A DNA stretch of 63,983 nucleotides, filler included, from Stramenopiles sp. TOSAG23-3 (taxonomy: Eukaryota), in NCBI GenBank assembly GCA_900128585.1. It is 4 parts of 4 records of this genome, joined end to end, with 100 filler letters (N's around TTAATTAATTAA, not from the genome) between each part and the next. Parts side by side here need not be neighbours in the genome. Positions count along the whole stretch, not along the records: positions 32,485 to 48,567 come from LT642499.1; 3 more parts are not named here. One strand, given 5' to 3'. Made by a program: the position numbers and the translations under genes. The notes under the pieces are model-generated. The model did not search any database, had not been told where the DNA came from, and worked only from the letters and a program-made list of their open reading frames with translations. Positions 33,040 through 47,500 of the stretch are shown piece by piece; within the stretch, counting starts at the first letter, position 1, and each line of letters starts with the position of its first letter.

Positions 33040-35520
33040 TTTTTAAATTTCTTACCAGCATTTTCAAGATGCATTTTCAATTACCAGTACGTTCTAGTAT
33101 ATTAATATGCTATTGCGTCGATTACATTATTTTCTTTACATGCATTTAATGCATCATCTAATGCATAACCATCCGTATCTTTTAAAAATGTTAAATATTA
33201 ATGTTTTATCAAATTGACAAAGTAATTTTATAATTACAAATGTATATAATGATGGTGTCAATCTATTTTGACCAACATTACTACGTATTATTATTATTAT
33301 TATTATCAATATTATTGCCACTATGCATATGCATACTATTATTATGAAAACCATTATCATCATCATCATCATCATCATTACCATTCATCATAATTAGATT
33401 GTCGTTGTTACTACTACTAATATTATGATTACTATTTCTACGATTATTATTTTGTGTTTTAATAATTTGTTGTAAACAATTATATTGTAAAAATTCATCA
33501 TCAATACCATTTAAAATATCAGCTAAGCTATCACTATCACTACCAAAAATCTCCATAATCATATCAGTAGTTTTCACACGATCAATTTCACTAAAACGTT
33601 TTAAATTATTTAATATAATTTTGTGAAATTTTTGTAATGAACTATTCTTGTTTTTATATGCTGAAGTGTTAGTAGCAGTAGTACTATCACCATCATTGTT
33701 GTTGTTATTACTATTATTCTCACGAATTAAATAAGCATGTATATCTAATGCATATCGAAATGCTTGTATTTGATTTTGTGAATTATTTAAAAATGATTCT
33801 AACGCATCTTTAAAATTTCCTTCGATTTCATGTAACACTGCTAATGCACTAGTATATTTCAATTCTTTTAATTGATATTTAAATTGTGGTATGTCCGTAA
33901 TTATTCGATTTAAATCCACTTTTTGTTCTTCATCGTCGTTCTTACTTCTAGCCGTACCATTATCATTATTATTCACTTCATCTCTATACTTTTTTAAAAT
34001 ATCTTTAATTGCATCTTCACATTTACTTATCTTATTATTGCTATTATTTTTACTTAATTCGATTAAACTATCTACAACATATTTAATATCAATTGCGATA
34101 CCATTTTTATAAATAAAGCCAATGAAAATGGAAAAATATTTACTAATGCTTGTATATAATTGTACTTTGTCCATTTTTGCATTCATTAATGCATCTGCTT
34201 TACCATCAACAATAACTTTATTAATCATTTTAATATAGGATAATAAATTATCCATACGTATAATACCATCGGTAATGGAATTGTAATATATATTGGAAAG
34301 AATATCAAATATTTGTTCACTATCAATCTCTAAGATTGTAATCAATGGTAAAAATCCATATTGATTATGTTTTGTAAATATCAATTTTAATATTTGTTGC
34401 TTTGCATCGATTGTTGTTGTTGTTGTTGTTGCACTATTATTATTACTATTATCATGTTGACCAATAACTTTAACAATATATTCAAATAATTTATTTGAAA
34501 AATATTTTGTTGTCATTTGTGTAAAGGATGATTCAGTATTCTTATTATCATCGCTACTACTACTACTACTACTAATTTCATTATTTTCTTCAATCAATTC
34601 ACGTACAATATATTTAATTGGCTCTGCGTATTCATTAATACCTTTATTAAATATATATATCAATGCATCGTACAATTTATAATTCCGCACATAAACGTAC
34701 TACACCATCAATATCCAATTGTCTTGGATCTAAATGCAATACTGATTTTTCTACATCTGTTAAACGATTTAATTTTTTCAAATATTGATATAAAATCTTG
34801 CATAATAATTGCTGGTATGTAATATACACGATCACATAAAATATATTTTTCTAATAATTCTAAAAAAATATATATTCTTGGTTTGTATTTACAAATCGTT
34901 TATAAATTGGACCAAATAATAAATCATTACGTTTGATTGTGGTACAATAATCCATACAAACTTCACATACAATATGTGTTGGACCATGTTGTGCTTGATG
35001 TTGCAGATCTCTTCTTCTTCTCCTACTACTACTACTACTACTACTACTTGAATTGTTATTTAAAGAGGAAGTTAAATCTTCACTTAACTAATTTCAACAT
35101 AATCCGCATTAATAAATCAGCAATGATACGATCATCCATTTTAGTTTTTACAGGACTATTTGTAATATTATTCAACCAAGTTATCATCGTTGTTATTAGT
35201 ATCTGCCGCCGCATCCTCATCGTCGTTACTATCTATAACAACATCATCTGCATGGATAAATGCATAATGTTCTAATCCTAACAATAATGCTTCAATCCAT
35301 TCACCTTCATTTTTTAATGTACGTATTCGATCCGTCCATTTTTCTAATTTTGCAACTTGTAAATCAGAATGTGATAAAAAATATAAACGATCATCATCAT
35401 CACAACTTCGTATGGAATTAAAAAAAGAACGTGCTTGTTGTCCTTTTAATTTGATACTTTGTTGTGCCAATGTTGTTGTTGTTGTTGTTGTTGATGAACG
35501 TGCAGCGTTACTACTACTAC

Positions 35521-35552
<32 letters not shown>

Positions 35553-36460
35553 GTTGCTACTTTTTTACCTTTTGGTAATGTAGCATATACTAAGGATGAT
35601 TGTGATAAATCAATCGTTTCCATTTCAATTAACATTTCTGTATTTAAAAAACATACACGATAATCGATATTCATATATACTAATACATTACTTGAACTCC
35701 ATTCTAACGCAACGATTGGACTATTTGTTTCAAATAATAATAAATGTTGCAACCGTTCTTGTTGCGTATTTGCTTCTGATCGATGTACTGCTATTTTAAT
35801 ACATTCAATTGTTGTATCCCAACCACGTGCAATTATTGGTTGCAATGGTGAACGATCTGTTTTCATGGATCCACGTTTTGGTGATTTATTTTTATTACTA
35901 TTATTATTCATTTCTTGTTGTTGTTGTTGTTGTTTTCCTTTCTTTTTCTCTTCGCCAATAATACCCCAATTAACAGCAATACATGGTAAATATTCACCTA
36001 CCATTGTCGTCGTTCTATTGTTATTATTATTATTTGATGAATTATCATTTGATGGCAACGATGACGAAGACAATATGTCAACATTATTATTCTTCGTTTT
36101 ATCATAACGATCCCATTGTTTTAAACGTGTTGGTTCTGGAGTTAATGCAACAATAATTGTACTTGTATGGGAACTGAAGATTAACAATTCAAATGCTGCT
36201 TTAAAACCATCTTGTTTACTTTTCTCAATATTTTGTAATACATGATCAGGTGCAGGTGGTAAAACGCTTAATGCAATTTTACTACCTGTACTTTCATTTA
36301 CTAAACAACGACGATCGACATACCATGTAAATAAACGTTTATTAAATGTTAATAAATTAATACGTCCTTTAATATCTAAACTAGCAGCACTTAAACTAGT
36401 TTTATTAGATGGCCAAAAACGTAAATTGACTACAGGGCAATCATGGGCATCGTTTTGACG
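33040..36460 (-). pseudogene. VPS8: VPS8 (CORVET subunit) fragment broken by multiple indels; 5' and 3' ends missing
   Basis: Stitched frames give DAHDCPVV..F...SLDIKG WD40, IIARGWD, WTDRI..L...GEWIEAL, FLELLEKYIL..., VEKSVLHLD..QLDID.VV.LC..YKLYDALIYIFN, LLCQFD...GYALDDAL..C...ERTG; frameshifts at about 33100-33290 and 34690-35175. Confidence 0.8.
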
Positions 36461-37445
36461 AAGAATTATTATTCTTCGTTATATCATAACAATCCCATTG
36501 TTTTAAACGTGTTGGTTATGGATTTAATGGAACAATTAAATTGGTACTTTTGGTTTTAGTTATGCACTTATATATATATGTATTTTTAGTTTTGTTGGTT
36601 GTTTTTTTGGTTTTTTCCTCCAAACGTTCAAAATAATGGATGGTGGGGAAGGGAGTTCGGAATTTAAGGTTTTCATATAGCAGGTAAATAGTACTATTGT
36701 GTGTGTAAAAGAACAAACATCATCTCCCAGTTGCCTCTCATTTACCTCTGAGAAAGAAGATGACACTGTTGGTGATTTTGATTTCTTTGTTTGTTTTGCA
36801 TTCATTCTACTTTTCAACCTAAGCTTTTGCTGTATTATCCACCGCTGCTTTAGCTGCTGAACTTCCAGTACTTCTTAATATTGCTTTTTGTAAATGATCA
36901 ATAAAATTACCATGCATAACAAGTACTCCCAGTACCACCTGTACTTGCAGGAGCTGCCAACTAGCTTTTTGTTGTTTCTAAAAGTTCTTTTAGTCTTATT
37001 TCTTCTTTGTATATCTTATTATTTTTATATACATGTTTTTAATGTTTTAAAGGTTGATGTTGGGTATGTATATTGTTTTTTTGATGTATTTTTATTTTGT
37101 TTGAGAGAAAACAGATACAACTTTGTAGGTGGTATGTAAAGTGAAAATATTAGAAAAGTTTGGATGATGTAAATTGGAAAAAATTTTCAAAATTATTATA
37201 TAGGAATAGTATGGAAAATGGATAGTGGATGTTGGGATGTTTTTATTTTTTTGTTGTTGTTGTTGTTGTTGTTGGAAATGTTGCTGTTGGGTATGTGATA
37301 AATACAATATTGTTTTTATGATATTGTTTTTGAAAGGTGTTGTTTGAAGGTGTTGGTTGGAGAGGATGGTAAGGGATAAAGATGGGGAATGGATTGGTGA
37401 TGGAAAAGGATGGTTATTGGTGATGGAATGTAATGGAAGGGATGT

Positions 37446-37760
37446 GTGACCAATGGAAAGAAAAAGTTGGAGGAACTTGAAAAGGTCTTGGATAAAGACC
37501 TTCCATCGGAGGCGAGGGAAAAGTTGGAGCAGGAGAAGGAAGCTCTTAACAGATCGGTTGCGGAAGAAGAAGCTGAGGTCAATGTGACCAAAGATAAGAG
37601 AAAGGCAACAAAGGACGAAGATAAACTTCGAAGGTTAAAGGATGCAGCACGTAACGAGACAAATCCGGTAAAGAAGAAGCTGTTGCAGAAGATTGATGTG
37701 CAACAGCAGAATTTGACGGACATAGCCGAAGCCGAGAATAAAAAGGTGAAAGCGGAAGAT
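37446..37760 (+). pseudogene. Diverged inverted copy of 105 codons of the giant ORF (43087-43401)
   Basis: Gap-free codon alignment; VLDKDLPSEAREKLEQEK...NPVKKKLLQKI shared. Confidence 0.9.
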
Positions 37761-38877
37761 GGTGTAAGTGAAAATGGATATATGCAGTACTGGGAGTACG
37801 GAATTAAATGCAAAATCCAATGCATCCAAATGTGTGTGTGCATGTGTGTGTAAATGTGCACAATTTAAATTCCGAAAAATTTTGTCCTCTTCTTTTTCAT
37901 GTTTTTTTTTAGGGTTTTTGTTTGTAATGCTGTGTCCTTTACCTAATGCTGTATCCATCCTAAGTAATGTTTATTAATGCTGTGTCTATGTTATACAATG
38001 CTGTATGCATGCTATATAATGATACCTATCAATATTGTAATGTCTCCCTGCTCAAGTATAACAAAATGTCATTTTTGTCCCTTTTTAGCATATGCTGTGT
38101 CCACGGTATTGCTTCAATTCATTTCATCAGATTTTTACCAATTTCCAATAATTCTGCAGATGTTTAAGGTTTTAGTTTCAAAGAAATTTTTTATTAAAAA
38201 ATTTTGAGTTTTGTTTGAGAGAATGGGAAAAAAAAATTTGACAAACAACATTATTTGAAAATATGTGCGTATAAATATATATACAATGCGTATATATATA
38301 TATAATTTATACGCAATTATAATTTATTGTTTTAATTTACTCATGATAATTCCTGTACTCTTCTTCAAAAGAATTACAATAACCATGAAATAATCTATCT
38401 TGCACTAATGTGTTGATATACCCATAATCGAGAAATAATAATAAAGGTAAATAGATGGTATCAAACTAGTCATAGCAATTGATGAAGAACGAATTGTCAT
38501 ATAGGAAGGCGGGGAGAATAAATTGTCACTATCAATTTTGGTTGTCTGTTTCGTAATATCACATCAACTACTGTTGTATTTACCATATCATATTGTATAT
38601 TCAATGTGTGTATGACAACCATTTTTTTGAAGCTATAAATTCAGTGCCTCATTTAGATGATGATAAATAAAGCGTAATATCTTTGGACTTTATTTTGCAA
38701 AACCGGTTAATTTGACAGTATGTGTATATACCGTGCTGTACATGTTGTAGAGCTAGATAGTAGCAACGCAGCATTAAGGAATAATTGTTTGTATGTATAC
38801 AATAGTTTTCCATTAAAAAGCGAAGCGCACACGAACAAAAGCTAACAAGAAGCCGTTGCCTTCGTTGCATTATCAGT

Positions 38878-39006
38878 ATCATTTTATCTGATCTAAATCA
38901 TTTTATCTTATATATAAATCATTTTATCTTGTATATAAATCATTTTATCTTATATATAAATCATTTTGTCTTATGAATCATTTTGTCTTATGAATCATTG
39001 TATCTA
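38878..39006. repeat. Minisatellite, 17-21-bp units with ATCATTTT(A/G)TCTT core
   Basis: About seven degenerate tandem copies visible. Confidence 0.8.
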
Positions 39007-39737
39007 ATTTTATATATATATATAAAGAATAATAAAATCTAAAAGATTCTTTTTGATAAAATTGATGGTAGTACTTCTTTTTGATTTCTTTCATTTAAGG
39101 TATAAAGTGGGTTTTCTCCTTCCAATTAGTGATATACTAATGAGTAAATGTACATCCTATATCAGCACTTCATGGCGAATGGCGATATATTAAAATGGCG
39201 ATGTATTTTTAAGGTTGAATTTTTCTTGATTTGTAAATCCAGAGAGAACTTCACTCTCTGGTAAATCTAGATCTGGGAAGACAAATTATTTCAATTATTG
39301 GAGAGAGGATGAGAGAATACATTAGTAGTACAATAGAAATACGATGTATTATAATATAGTGCTATAGAGGTGCTAAAACTTTTATTAAAACCACTACCAC
39401 CCACCACCTGCGCCCCACCACCATAACCACCTCCTACTTTTTTTTCAATTTTCACTAAGAAGAAGTTGTAGAAAACAAACTAAAAAAAAAAATAAATATA
39501 TAAAAAAAGATATCAAAAGATATGAAAGATAATATATTATACATATAAAGATAAAATATATATATATATATATAAATATATTGTATCAATCTATATCTAT
39601 ATATATATATATATATATAATACATATAAAGATACAATATATATATATATATATATATATAAACATATATATCATATCAATCTATATATATATATATAAA
39701 GATACAAGATACATATATATTCTATCAATCTATATAT

Positions 39738-40939
39738 ATGAGTCGTCGTTCAAAGCGGATTACTAAGTCTGAAGCAGACAGGACTGTAGATCCTGCCAAT
39801 TATGAGAAACTTTCGTCTTCCATAAACCATTTCAAAAAGGTTTGGCAGAACGATGTTAATATATTGTTTCAAAAAATGCAAGTGAAGCGCGTTGTATCTC
39901 CCAAAACACAAACTTCATCTTCATGTGCAACAGGGTTTTTAAATAATAATAATAATAATAATAACAAAAGTTACATTCCCGGCGTCATTCTTGTAGAAAA
40001 CTTTTTAAACTTGGACGAGGTGAAAGCACTTTGTGAAATATTTGATGCACACAGTACTTGGTTGAAATACAGTTATGGCAGTAACCAACTTAATTCTGAT
40101 TTTAAATCTGATTTATTGCGTCTTGATTTCGGCCCAGAGGATATGAGACCAGAAGGTGTTGTGGGTAAAAACGATACAAAAACATGGAGAGTTGGGAATT
40201 TGCGCCAATGTATTTTAGACCTAGTTGTAGAAAGATTTAAATTAGCATATGAAGTACAAAGGTACTATGGATGTTATAGATGCTTTAATATATATAATGG
40301 ATGTATAAAATGTAGAAAAGCAGCAACAGGAAAATTGCAAAACAAAGAGGAAGTCCCAAAAGCAGCAAGTGGTGAAATTCCATTTTGGGAAAATGGAAAG
40401 AAAACACCAAACATGTTGCAATTTACGAAAATTGGACCGGTGTAAGTTATTTAATTTCTATCTGCACCTAAACCTGATACAAACAACACCATTTCTAACA
40501 CTGTACCACTCATTCATACACTATGTACCACAGGGAATCTTTAGGAACACATTATGATTCACGGAATAAATGGTTAGAAGGTATTCTATCTATTGGATTC
40601 GGCAATGTAGCTGGTAAAAATGACCCAAGAGGGGATACGTGGAATTTAATATTAGAGAAGGGAACAAAAGGCTATGATAATTATATGGAAAAAATTATTC
40701 AATGCAATCCTGGCACCGCGTATATAATCTTTGGCACTGCGCAAGGGCGCACAGAACATTGTAATGAAAACAAAGTAAGCCATCAAACTTGTCAATGTTG
40801 CTGGCGTCATGGCATAAATTCTGATGTTTCAAATAAATCTGTGCGCTTAAGTATGACTCTTAGGACGTATGACATCAATTGGGGGGTTGCCGAATATTAC
40901 AATAATGGTAAAAAACCAATAAAAAAAAACGAAAATTAA
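39738..40939 (+). CDS. AlkB-like 2OG-Fe(II) dioxygenase, two exons (intron 40442-40533)
   Basis: GTAAGT donor at 40442, CTAAC branch at 40495, CAG acceptor at 40533 join ORFs 39738..40445 and 40523..40939 in frame; PGVILVENFL, PNMLQF, HYD, WRHGI, RLSMTLR motifs. Confidence 0.8.
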
Positions 40940-41511
40940 AAAGAAAAATAATAATAATAATAATATTAACAAGAAAAATAGTAGTAGTAGTAGTAGTAGT
41001 AGTAGTATTATCAGCAGCAGCAGGAGTATTAGTAGTAGTAGTAATAATAATAATAATATGGATTATAAAATAATATTAGAGAATTTAAAAAGAAAAAGGA
41101 AATTGTTTTTACAAAATGAAAGAAGGAAAAAAAAAAGGGGAACACCAAAAACAACAAAGAAAAAATCACGAAATACAATATTAACAAAAGAAAGAAGAAG
41201 ATTAAAAAAAGAGTGGGAAGAGCAGAGTAGTAGGTTAATAAATAAAAAGTAAAAATATTTTGAATATTAATATATGACATATGTGCGATAAATTCGTGTG
41301 TATAAAGTATATATATATCGATATAATTTTACTTGTATGATGTACATATATGATATGTATCCATATCAATATATATAATACAATATCATATCCTCTAAAA
41401 TAATACACATATATGATATGATATATCATTATTTTTAAATAAATATTTATATCTTGATATATTTTTTTATAATAAATTTTAAATTGTCAATTTACGCTCA
41501 CTTTTATTTTT

Positions 41512-44500
41512 TTACTTTTTACCACCACCTTCTCCTCCCATCAGCACCATACGTTGGTGTTGTTCCGTTAACGATAATGGGCTATGCTCTTTTGAAAAGC
41601 CCGTAGCTGAATGCGCACCAGCTGTTGCCTCGTTTACACCGGTTGGTGCAATATTGTCTGGGATATCATTGCCAGTTGCGCCTGTTCCGCCGCTGGCTGC
41701 AGTTGTACCACTCATGCTACCGGTTGAAGATTCTTGTACACCAGCTGAAGATGTTGCACCACTTTCGTGAACACCAGTTGGTCCACGTACTTCGTCTGCT
41801 CCTCCAGTTGCTCCAGAAATACCTGTTGACCCGCTAAAACCAGTACCACCAGTACCGTCAACACCAAGAAGTGCTGCCAATTCTTCCTCCGTTGCATTTA
41901 CTGCTTTCGTTGCAATGATGTAACCAGTAGCACTTTTATTTGCCGTTCTTTCCGCCGCAACTAAAACACGGGAGGCGTTCCCTTCACGTTCTTTCAACGA
42001 GGCAATGATCTTCGCATCTTCCGTGCCTACCTTTTGCCCTTTCTCCTTTGCAAAATCCAACGACTTCTCCCCTTCGGAGACTTGTTGTTTCAGACTGTTG
42101 TCTAAAACTTCAATACGTTGAGCAACCACTGTTGCATTCGCCAACTTTGCCTTCTCCAAGGCCGCTTGTGCCATTTGCACTTTCTTCAAAGCTAACAAGT
42201 TCTTTACGATCCTTCCTTGCGCTGCCGCTGCTTTTGTATCGCGTGCTTTCTTCTCCTTCAGAAGAACAGCATCTAAATCAGCTTCAGCACTCGTTGCTTC
42301 AGCTTCTGCAGCAGTATGAATATTTTTTAATATATCCAAACCAGCAGCACGACGTATGGAACCACGCGAAAGTTTGGTGGCCTTCTCTAATGCAACATCT
42401 AGACGTGATGGTCCAGTAGAGGCAGAACTAGTTGATCCCGTTGCACCAGTTAATCCCGTTGATCCCGTTGCACCAGTTGCTCCAGTCGACGATGCGGTTG
42501 ATCCCGTTGCTTCACTTGCACCCGTTTCATCAGAGCCAAGCGCAATCACACCACCATCAACACCACCAATCGTACCAGTTGCTGCAGAACCAGTTTCATC
42601 CCATCGGGAATCCAAACCTGTTTCAGCATTGTCAAACATATGCCCAACGGCTTCCAACGCATGGTTGGTTACTGCGGTCATCTGTTTGACCGCCATATTG
42701 GTGGTCTTCGTCAATGCCACCTTTGCCTCCCGTGTGGTCTTGTTTACGACCAAGCACCCCACGCACGGTGCTTTTTTCGGTGCTACCACTTTCTGTACCG
42801 GTGGTTTTGCGGGCAACGACGTATCCACCTTCGCAACTGAAATGTTAACCATTTCTCCCATGTCCCTTTTTTTAAAGTGTTTCACCACTTCCACACCCGA
42901 CTTTGGGCCGCCTTCATCTGGATGAAGTACAGAAACTTCCAACCTTCCATCCAGGTCCAACACCTTCGGCTTTTCTTCCTTCACGGTCTTATTCAATGCT
43001 TGCGTTGCATTTACTACCGCCAATTGTTGTTCCATCAACAACTTCTTGCTAATACCGCCCGTCGCAGCCATTAGTTTACGTAATGCGTCTTCCGCTTCCA
43101 CCTTCTTGGTTTCAGCTTCCGCAATATCCGTGAAATTCTGCTGTTGCGCAGCAATCTTCTGCAACAGCTTCTTCTTCACTGGATTGCTCTCGTTCCGAGC
43201 CGCATCCTTCAAAAGACGGAGTTTATCTTCGTCCTTTGCCGCCTTCCTCTTCGCTTTGGTCACATTGACCTCAGCTTCCTCCTCTGCAACTGACCGGTTC
43301 AGAGCTGCCTTCTCCTGCTCCAACTTCTCCCGAGCTTCAGATGGTAGATCTTTATCCAAGACCATTTCAAGACGGGCCAACTTCGTCTTTCCATTGCTAA
43401 CTTTAGCTTTTGCTGCAATTACCTTTGGATCCATCTCCAAACCCGTTTCCGCTGATCCTGTCATACCAGACATACCAGATGCACCCGTCTTTCCTCCAGT
43501 TGCACCAGACGCTCCACTAATACCGGAAATACCGCTGATGCCAGTTGCTTTTTCTTCTTCCTTCAAGAAGTTAGCTGCAATGCCAGCACTTGGCCCTGTC
43601 GCGGATGCGCTCATCAACGCAAGCAATTTTTTAAGTGGACTCGCCCCACCTGTAGTTCCACTACTTCCAGTAGCCATTGCTTTTTCCACGGCAACCTCCT
43701 TCTTTTTTGCCGCATCGGCTTTTGCTTTCAGCTTGGTGGCTTTATCTTCCACTACCAAAGCTTTCTCCTCAGCTTTATCTGCCGCTTCTTCATTTTCTTT
43801 AGAAGGGGATTGCTCAGCTAATTCTCGAGCTTCCTCCGCCTTCTCCTCATCTTTGCGGGCAAGATCTTTTTCCTTCTCCGCCATCGCTTTTTCCGCAGCA
43901 ACTTCTTTTTTCGCCTTTGCGGTTTCCTTTGCCCCTTCGGAAGCTTTCACAGCTTCTAACTTTTTCAACATAGCCGTTGCTACATTGTCCACCGCTGCTT
44001 TAGCTGCTGAACTTCCAGACGCACCAGTACTTCCAGTACCACCTGTACTGGTTGGCGCTGCCAACGTGTCTTTTGGTATTAAATTACCAAGACCGGCAAA
44101 CGATTTATCAGCCAAGAGAAGCTTCTTCTCTTCAGCTAACTCCTTTGCTATTGCTGCTGGCCCTGTTGACGCCGTTGCAGATGGCCCAGTTGATGCCGTT
44201 GCTGCTGGCCCAGTTGTTGCCGTTGCGGATGGCCCAGTTGTTGCCGTTGCAGATGGCCCAGTTGATCCAGTTGACGCCGTCGCCAAAGAACCAATTCCAG
44301 TCGCGCCAGTTTTTCCTCCAGTTGCGCCAGTTTTTCCTCCAGTTGCGCCAGATGCACCTGTTCCCGAAGTTGCAGCTAAAAACTCAGCTTCCGATACGCC
44401 TTGCTCCTCTGCAAGCTTACGTACCTTTGCAACTTTTTGTATATCCTGTTGCATTGCTGCTTCGTCGTTCTTAACCTTTGTCTGTTGCAGACGTACCGCA

Positions 44501-47500
44501 GCCTCCAACTCCGGCGTATCCTCCTCCTTCGCTTTCTCCTTTAGCACGGAGAGTTTCTGCATTTCGGATCCGATTGCTTCCTCCTTCGCAATCAGATCCG
44601 CCTTCGCTTTCTTTGCAACACGTTGTTCTGCAGAACCTGTACTTGTGCTACTGCCTGTACTTCCTGTACGGCTACTACCAGTTGCACCTGTAGTACCACT
44701 TGCACCAGTAGAACCACTTGCACCAGTTGATCCACTTGCACCAGTTGATCCACTTGCACCAGTTGAACTAATATCGTTCACTAATGCCGCCATTGGTGAA
44801 CCTGCACCAGTTTCGGTACTACCGCCAAGTTTTTTAAGTATTAAACTTAATACTTTGGCACTACCTGTGCTACTCGAAGCACCAGGAATAGATGCAATAG
44901 CTTTCATTGCTAATTGCTCTGCGCCACTTGCACCGCTAATGCCGCTATTTCCTGTACTTCCCGTCGAGGCAGTTCCACCTATACCACTCCCAGTACTTCC
45001 ACTGGCCGATGAACCAGTACTTCTACTGGAACCAGTCGAGGTAGGTGCGCCAGTACTTCCACTGGACGACGAACCTGTCGATGCGGTAGCACCACGACCT
45101 GTTGATGCCATACCGGTTGATGCTGTAGCGCCAATGCTAGTTGCACCCGTACTTCTACTGGACGACGAACCAGTATTGCCACTGGACGACGAACCAGTAC
45201 TGCCACTGGACGACGAACCAGTACTTCTACTGGAACTAGTCGAGGCAGTTGCACCAATACCAGTTGCACCAGTGGATGCCGTAGCACCAAGACTAGTTGC
45301 ACCAGTACTTCCACTGGACGACGAACCTGTCGATGCGGTAGCACCACGAACTGTTGATGCCATACCAGTTGATGCAGTAGCACCAATGACAGTTGCACTA
45401 CCAGTTGATGCCATACCAGTTGATGCAGTAGCACCAAGACCAGTTGCACTACCAGTTGATGCTAAACCAGTTGCACCTGTACTACCACTGGAACCTGTAC
45501 TAGCAGTACCTCCAACTACACCTGTACTTCCGCTGGACGACGAACCAGTACTTCCACTGGTCGACGAACCAGTACTACCACTAGACGACGAACCGGTATT
45601 ACCATCTTCACCATCAACCACGCCAGTAGCACCACCAGTGACATCATCATCACCACCATCCACGCCAGTAGCACCATCCACGCCACCAGTACCACCAGTA
45701 GTACCAACATCGGTATATCCTACACCAGTCTGTGCATCACCGATATTCACCTCATCGGTATCGTATGGATCAACGTATTTACCGCCTGTTACCCCCGTAT
45801 TTGCACTACCAGTTGCACCTGTAGATGCCGTCATCCCGGTTGGTCCAGTAGTACCCGTCATTGCAACACCACCACCAATCATACCAGTTGGTCCAGTAGT
45901 ACCCGACATATGACTTCCACCAGTCATACCCGTCATACCCGACATACCTGAGGACATACCTGTACCACCCGTACCAATATGACCAATCATATTTTGACCA
46001 GTTAGTATTGGGCCTTTCAGGTCTCTTACCCAAACTATTCCATGTGGTCTGTGCAATTTTTCACCAACCAACACATACCAAGATGGTACATTCCTGCGCA
46101 ATTCATACAACCTTTTGGCTGCTACAATGTAAAGTCCCATCAACTCCTTGCGTTTACCTTCTTTCACTTTTAAATCTTTTTCCAGATTCAACAAATCAAC
46201 CTTTGCAAATCGTGATTGAAGTTTGTATTCATCAACAACATCACCACTTCCCTCATCATTATCCCGCATACCAACTTCATTCGCTTTGCTCAATGAATCC
46301 TCCATTGCTAAACGATCTGTCAATATCTTGGCATCTAACTTGGCCACCACTGCGGTTGCAAAACGTACTGCTTTTAATTTAGCAGAGACATCATTCGTCG
46401 TACGAATCAAGGATTGCTTCATGTTCCATTTCAACATTGCATCTTCTTTTTCTTGATGTGCTTTTACGATATTTTTAACACGTTTCGTATTACCTTCCTT
46501 AATTAACATTTGTTGCTTTTTCATCATCTGCAAGGATTGCACCCCACCGTACCGTTCATTCATCACATGTTTAAACAGGTTTACATCTTTTTTCACATGC
46601 TTTTTCACAACATCCAACGTATCATCATCCATACCATCTTTAATACTCAATGGTGATGGTGCATCGTGTGTACCAACTACTTCTTCGTTCTTCGCTGGGC
46701 ATTTATTATTATTACCTGCACCTGCAAATACATACGTATTTACACATACATCACCAACCAATGGACCATCTTTATTACCATCGTAACAACGACCATTGCA
46801 CCAACCACATTGTGTATCCCCATCAACTACATCAGCATTATGTGATAAACATTTACCACAACTTGTAATTTGCGCACATGTTATTTCTGCGTGATGATTA
46901 ACCCTAACCAACTTTGGTGCAATTTTTTCTTCCTCATATGCAATTTCTAATCTACGTTTACGTGCTTCTAAATCCACTACATTCGTTTGCAACGATAGTA
47001 CCGATGCATGCGATTTCAATGTCTTTTTCTCCAACATGGTTGCTTGCATTTTCAATAAATGCAATAATGCAATATTACGTTGATTCATCAAACGTTTGGA
47101 CCTAATTTCACGACGTTCTTTTGCTAATTCCACCACTGCTTTTGTAAATGTAACTTGTTCTTGTACATAGGTATTATTTCGGGCTGCACATGCTTCACGC
47201 AACTCTTTAATATCAGCACGTAATGCATTTGCTTGACGATGTATTTTTCTTGTCAATATCTTCGTTTGTTGCTTTACTGCATTACTATTCACACCATCAA
47301 ATCCATTTGATTGTTCTAACGTAGCATCAGATGCTTCCTCTTCCAATTTGTACGAGTTTAATTTTTTCAATTGTACATTCAATTTGCCAGTACAAGCTTT
47401 CAAATGATCGGAGGCCAATATCAAAGTGAAATTTTGATGTTTGACATTATCTTCTAATAACACCAAACCATCTTTTAATCTTTCTACATATGCCGTTGCA

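Noticed and set aside
33040-35175. Alternative genetic code or programmed frameshifting in VPS8
   Set aside because: The breaks are frame changes clustered in patches, often near homopolymers, not reassigned stops; sequencing error is more parsimonious
38878-39006. CRISPR-like array
   Set aside because: No unique spacers, AT-rich degenerate units, eukaryotic context, no cas genes
11665-40939. RNA-processing gene cluster (LSM5, THUMP-PCIF1, AlkB)
   Set aside because: The genes lie on three different contigs joined artificially, apparently ordered by length
43046-45913. 955-aa plus-strand ORF rich in PVxP/VAP
   Set aside because: Antisense shadow of the Thr/Gly repeat gene; reverse complements of ACT/GGT/GCA codons lack stops
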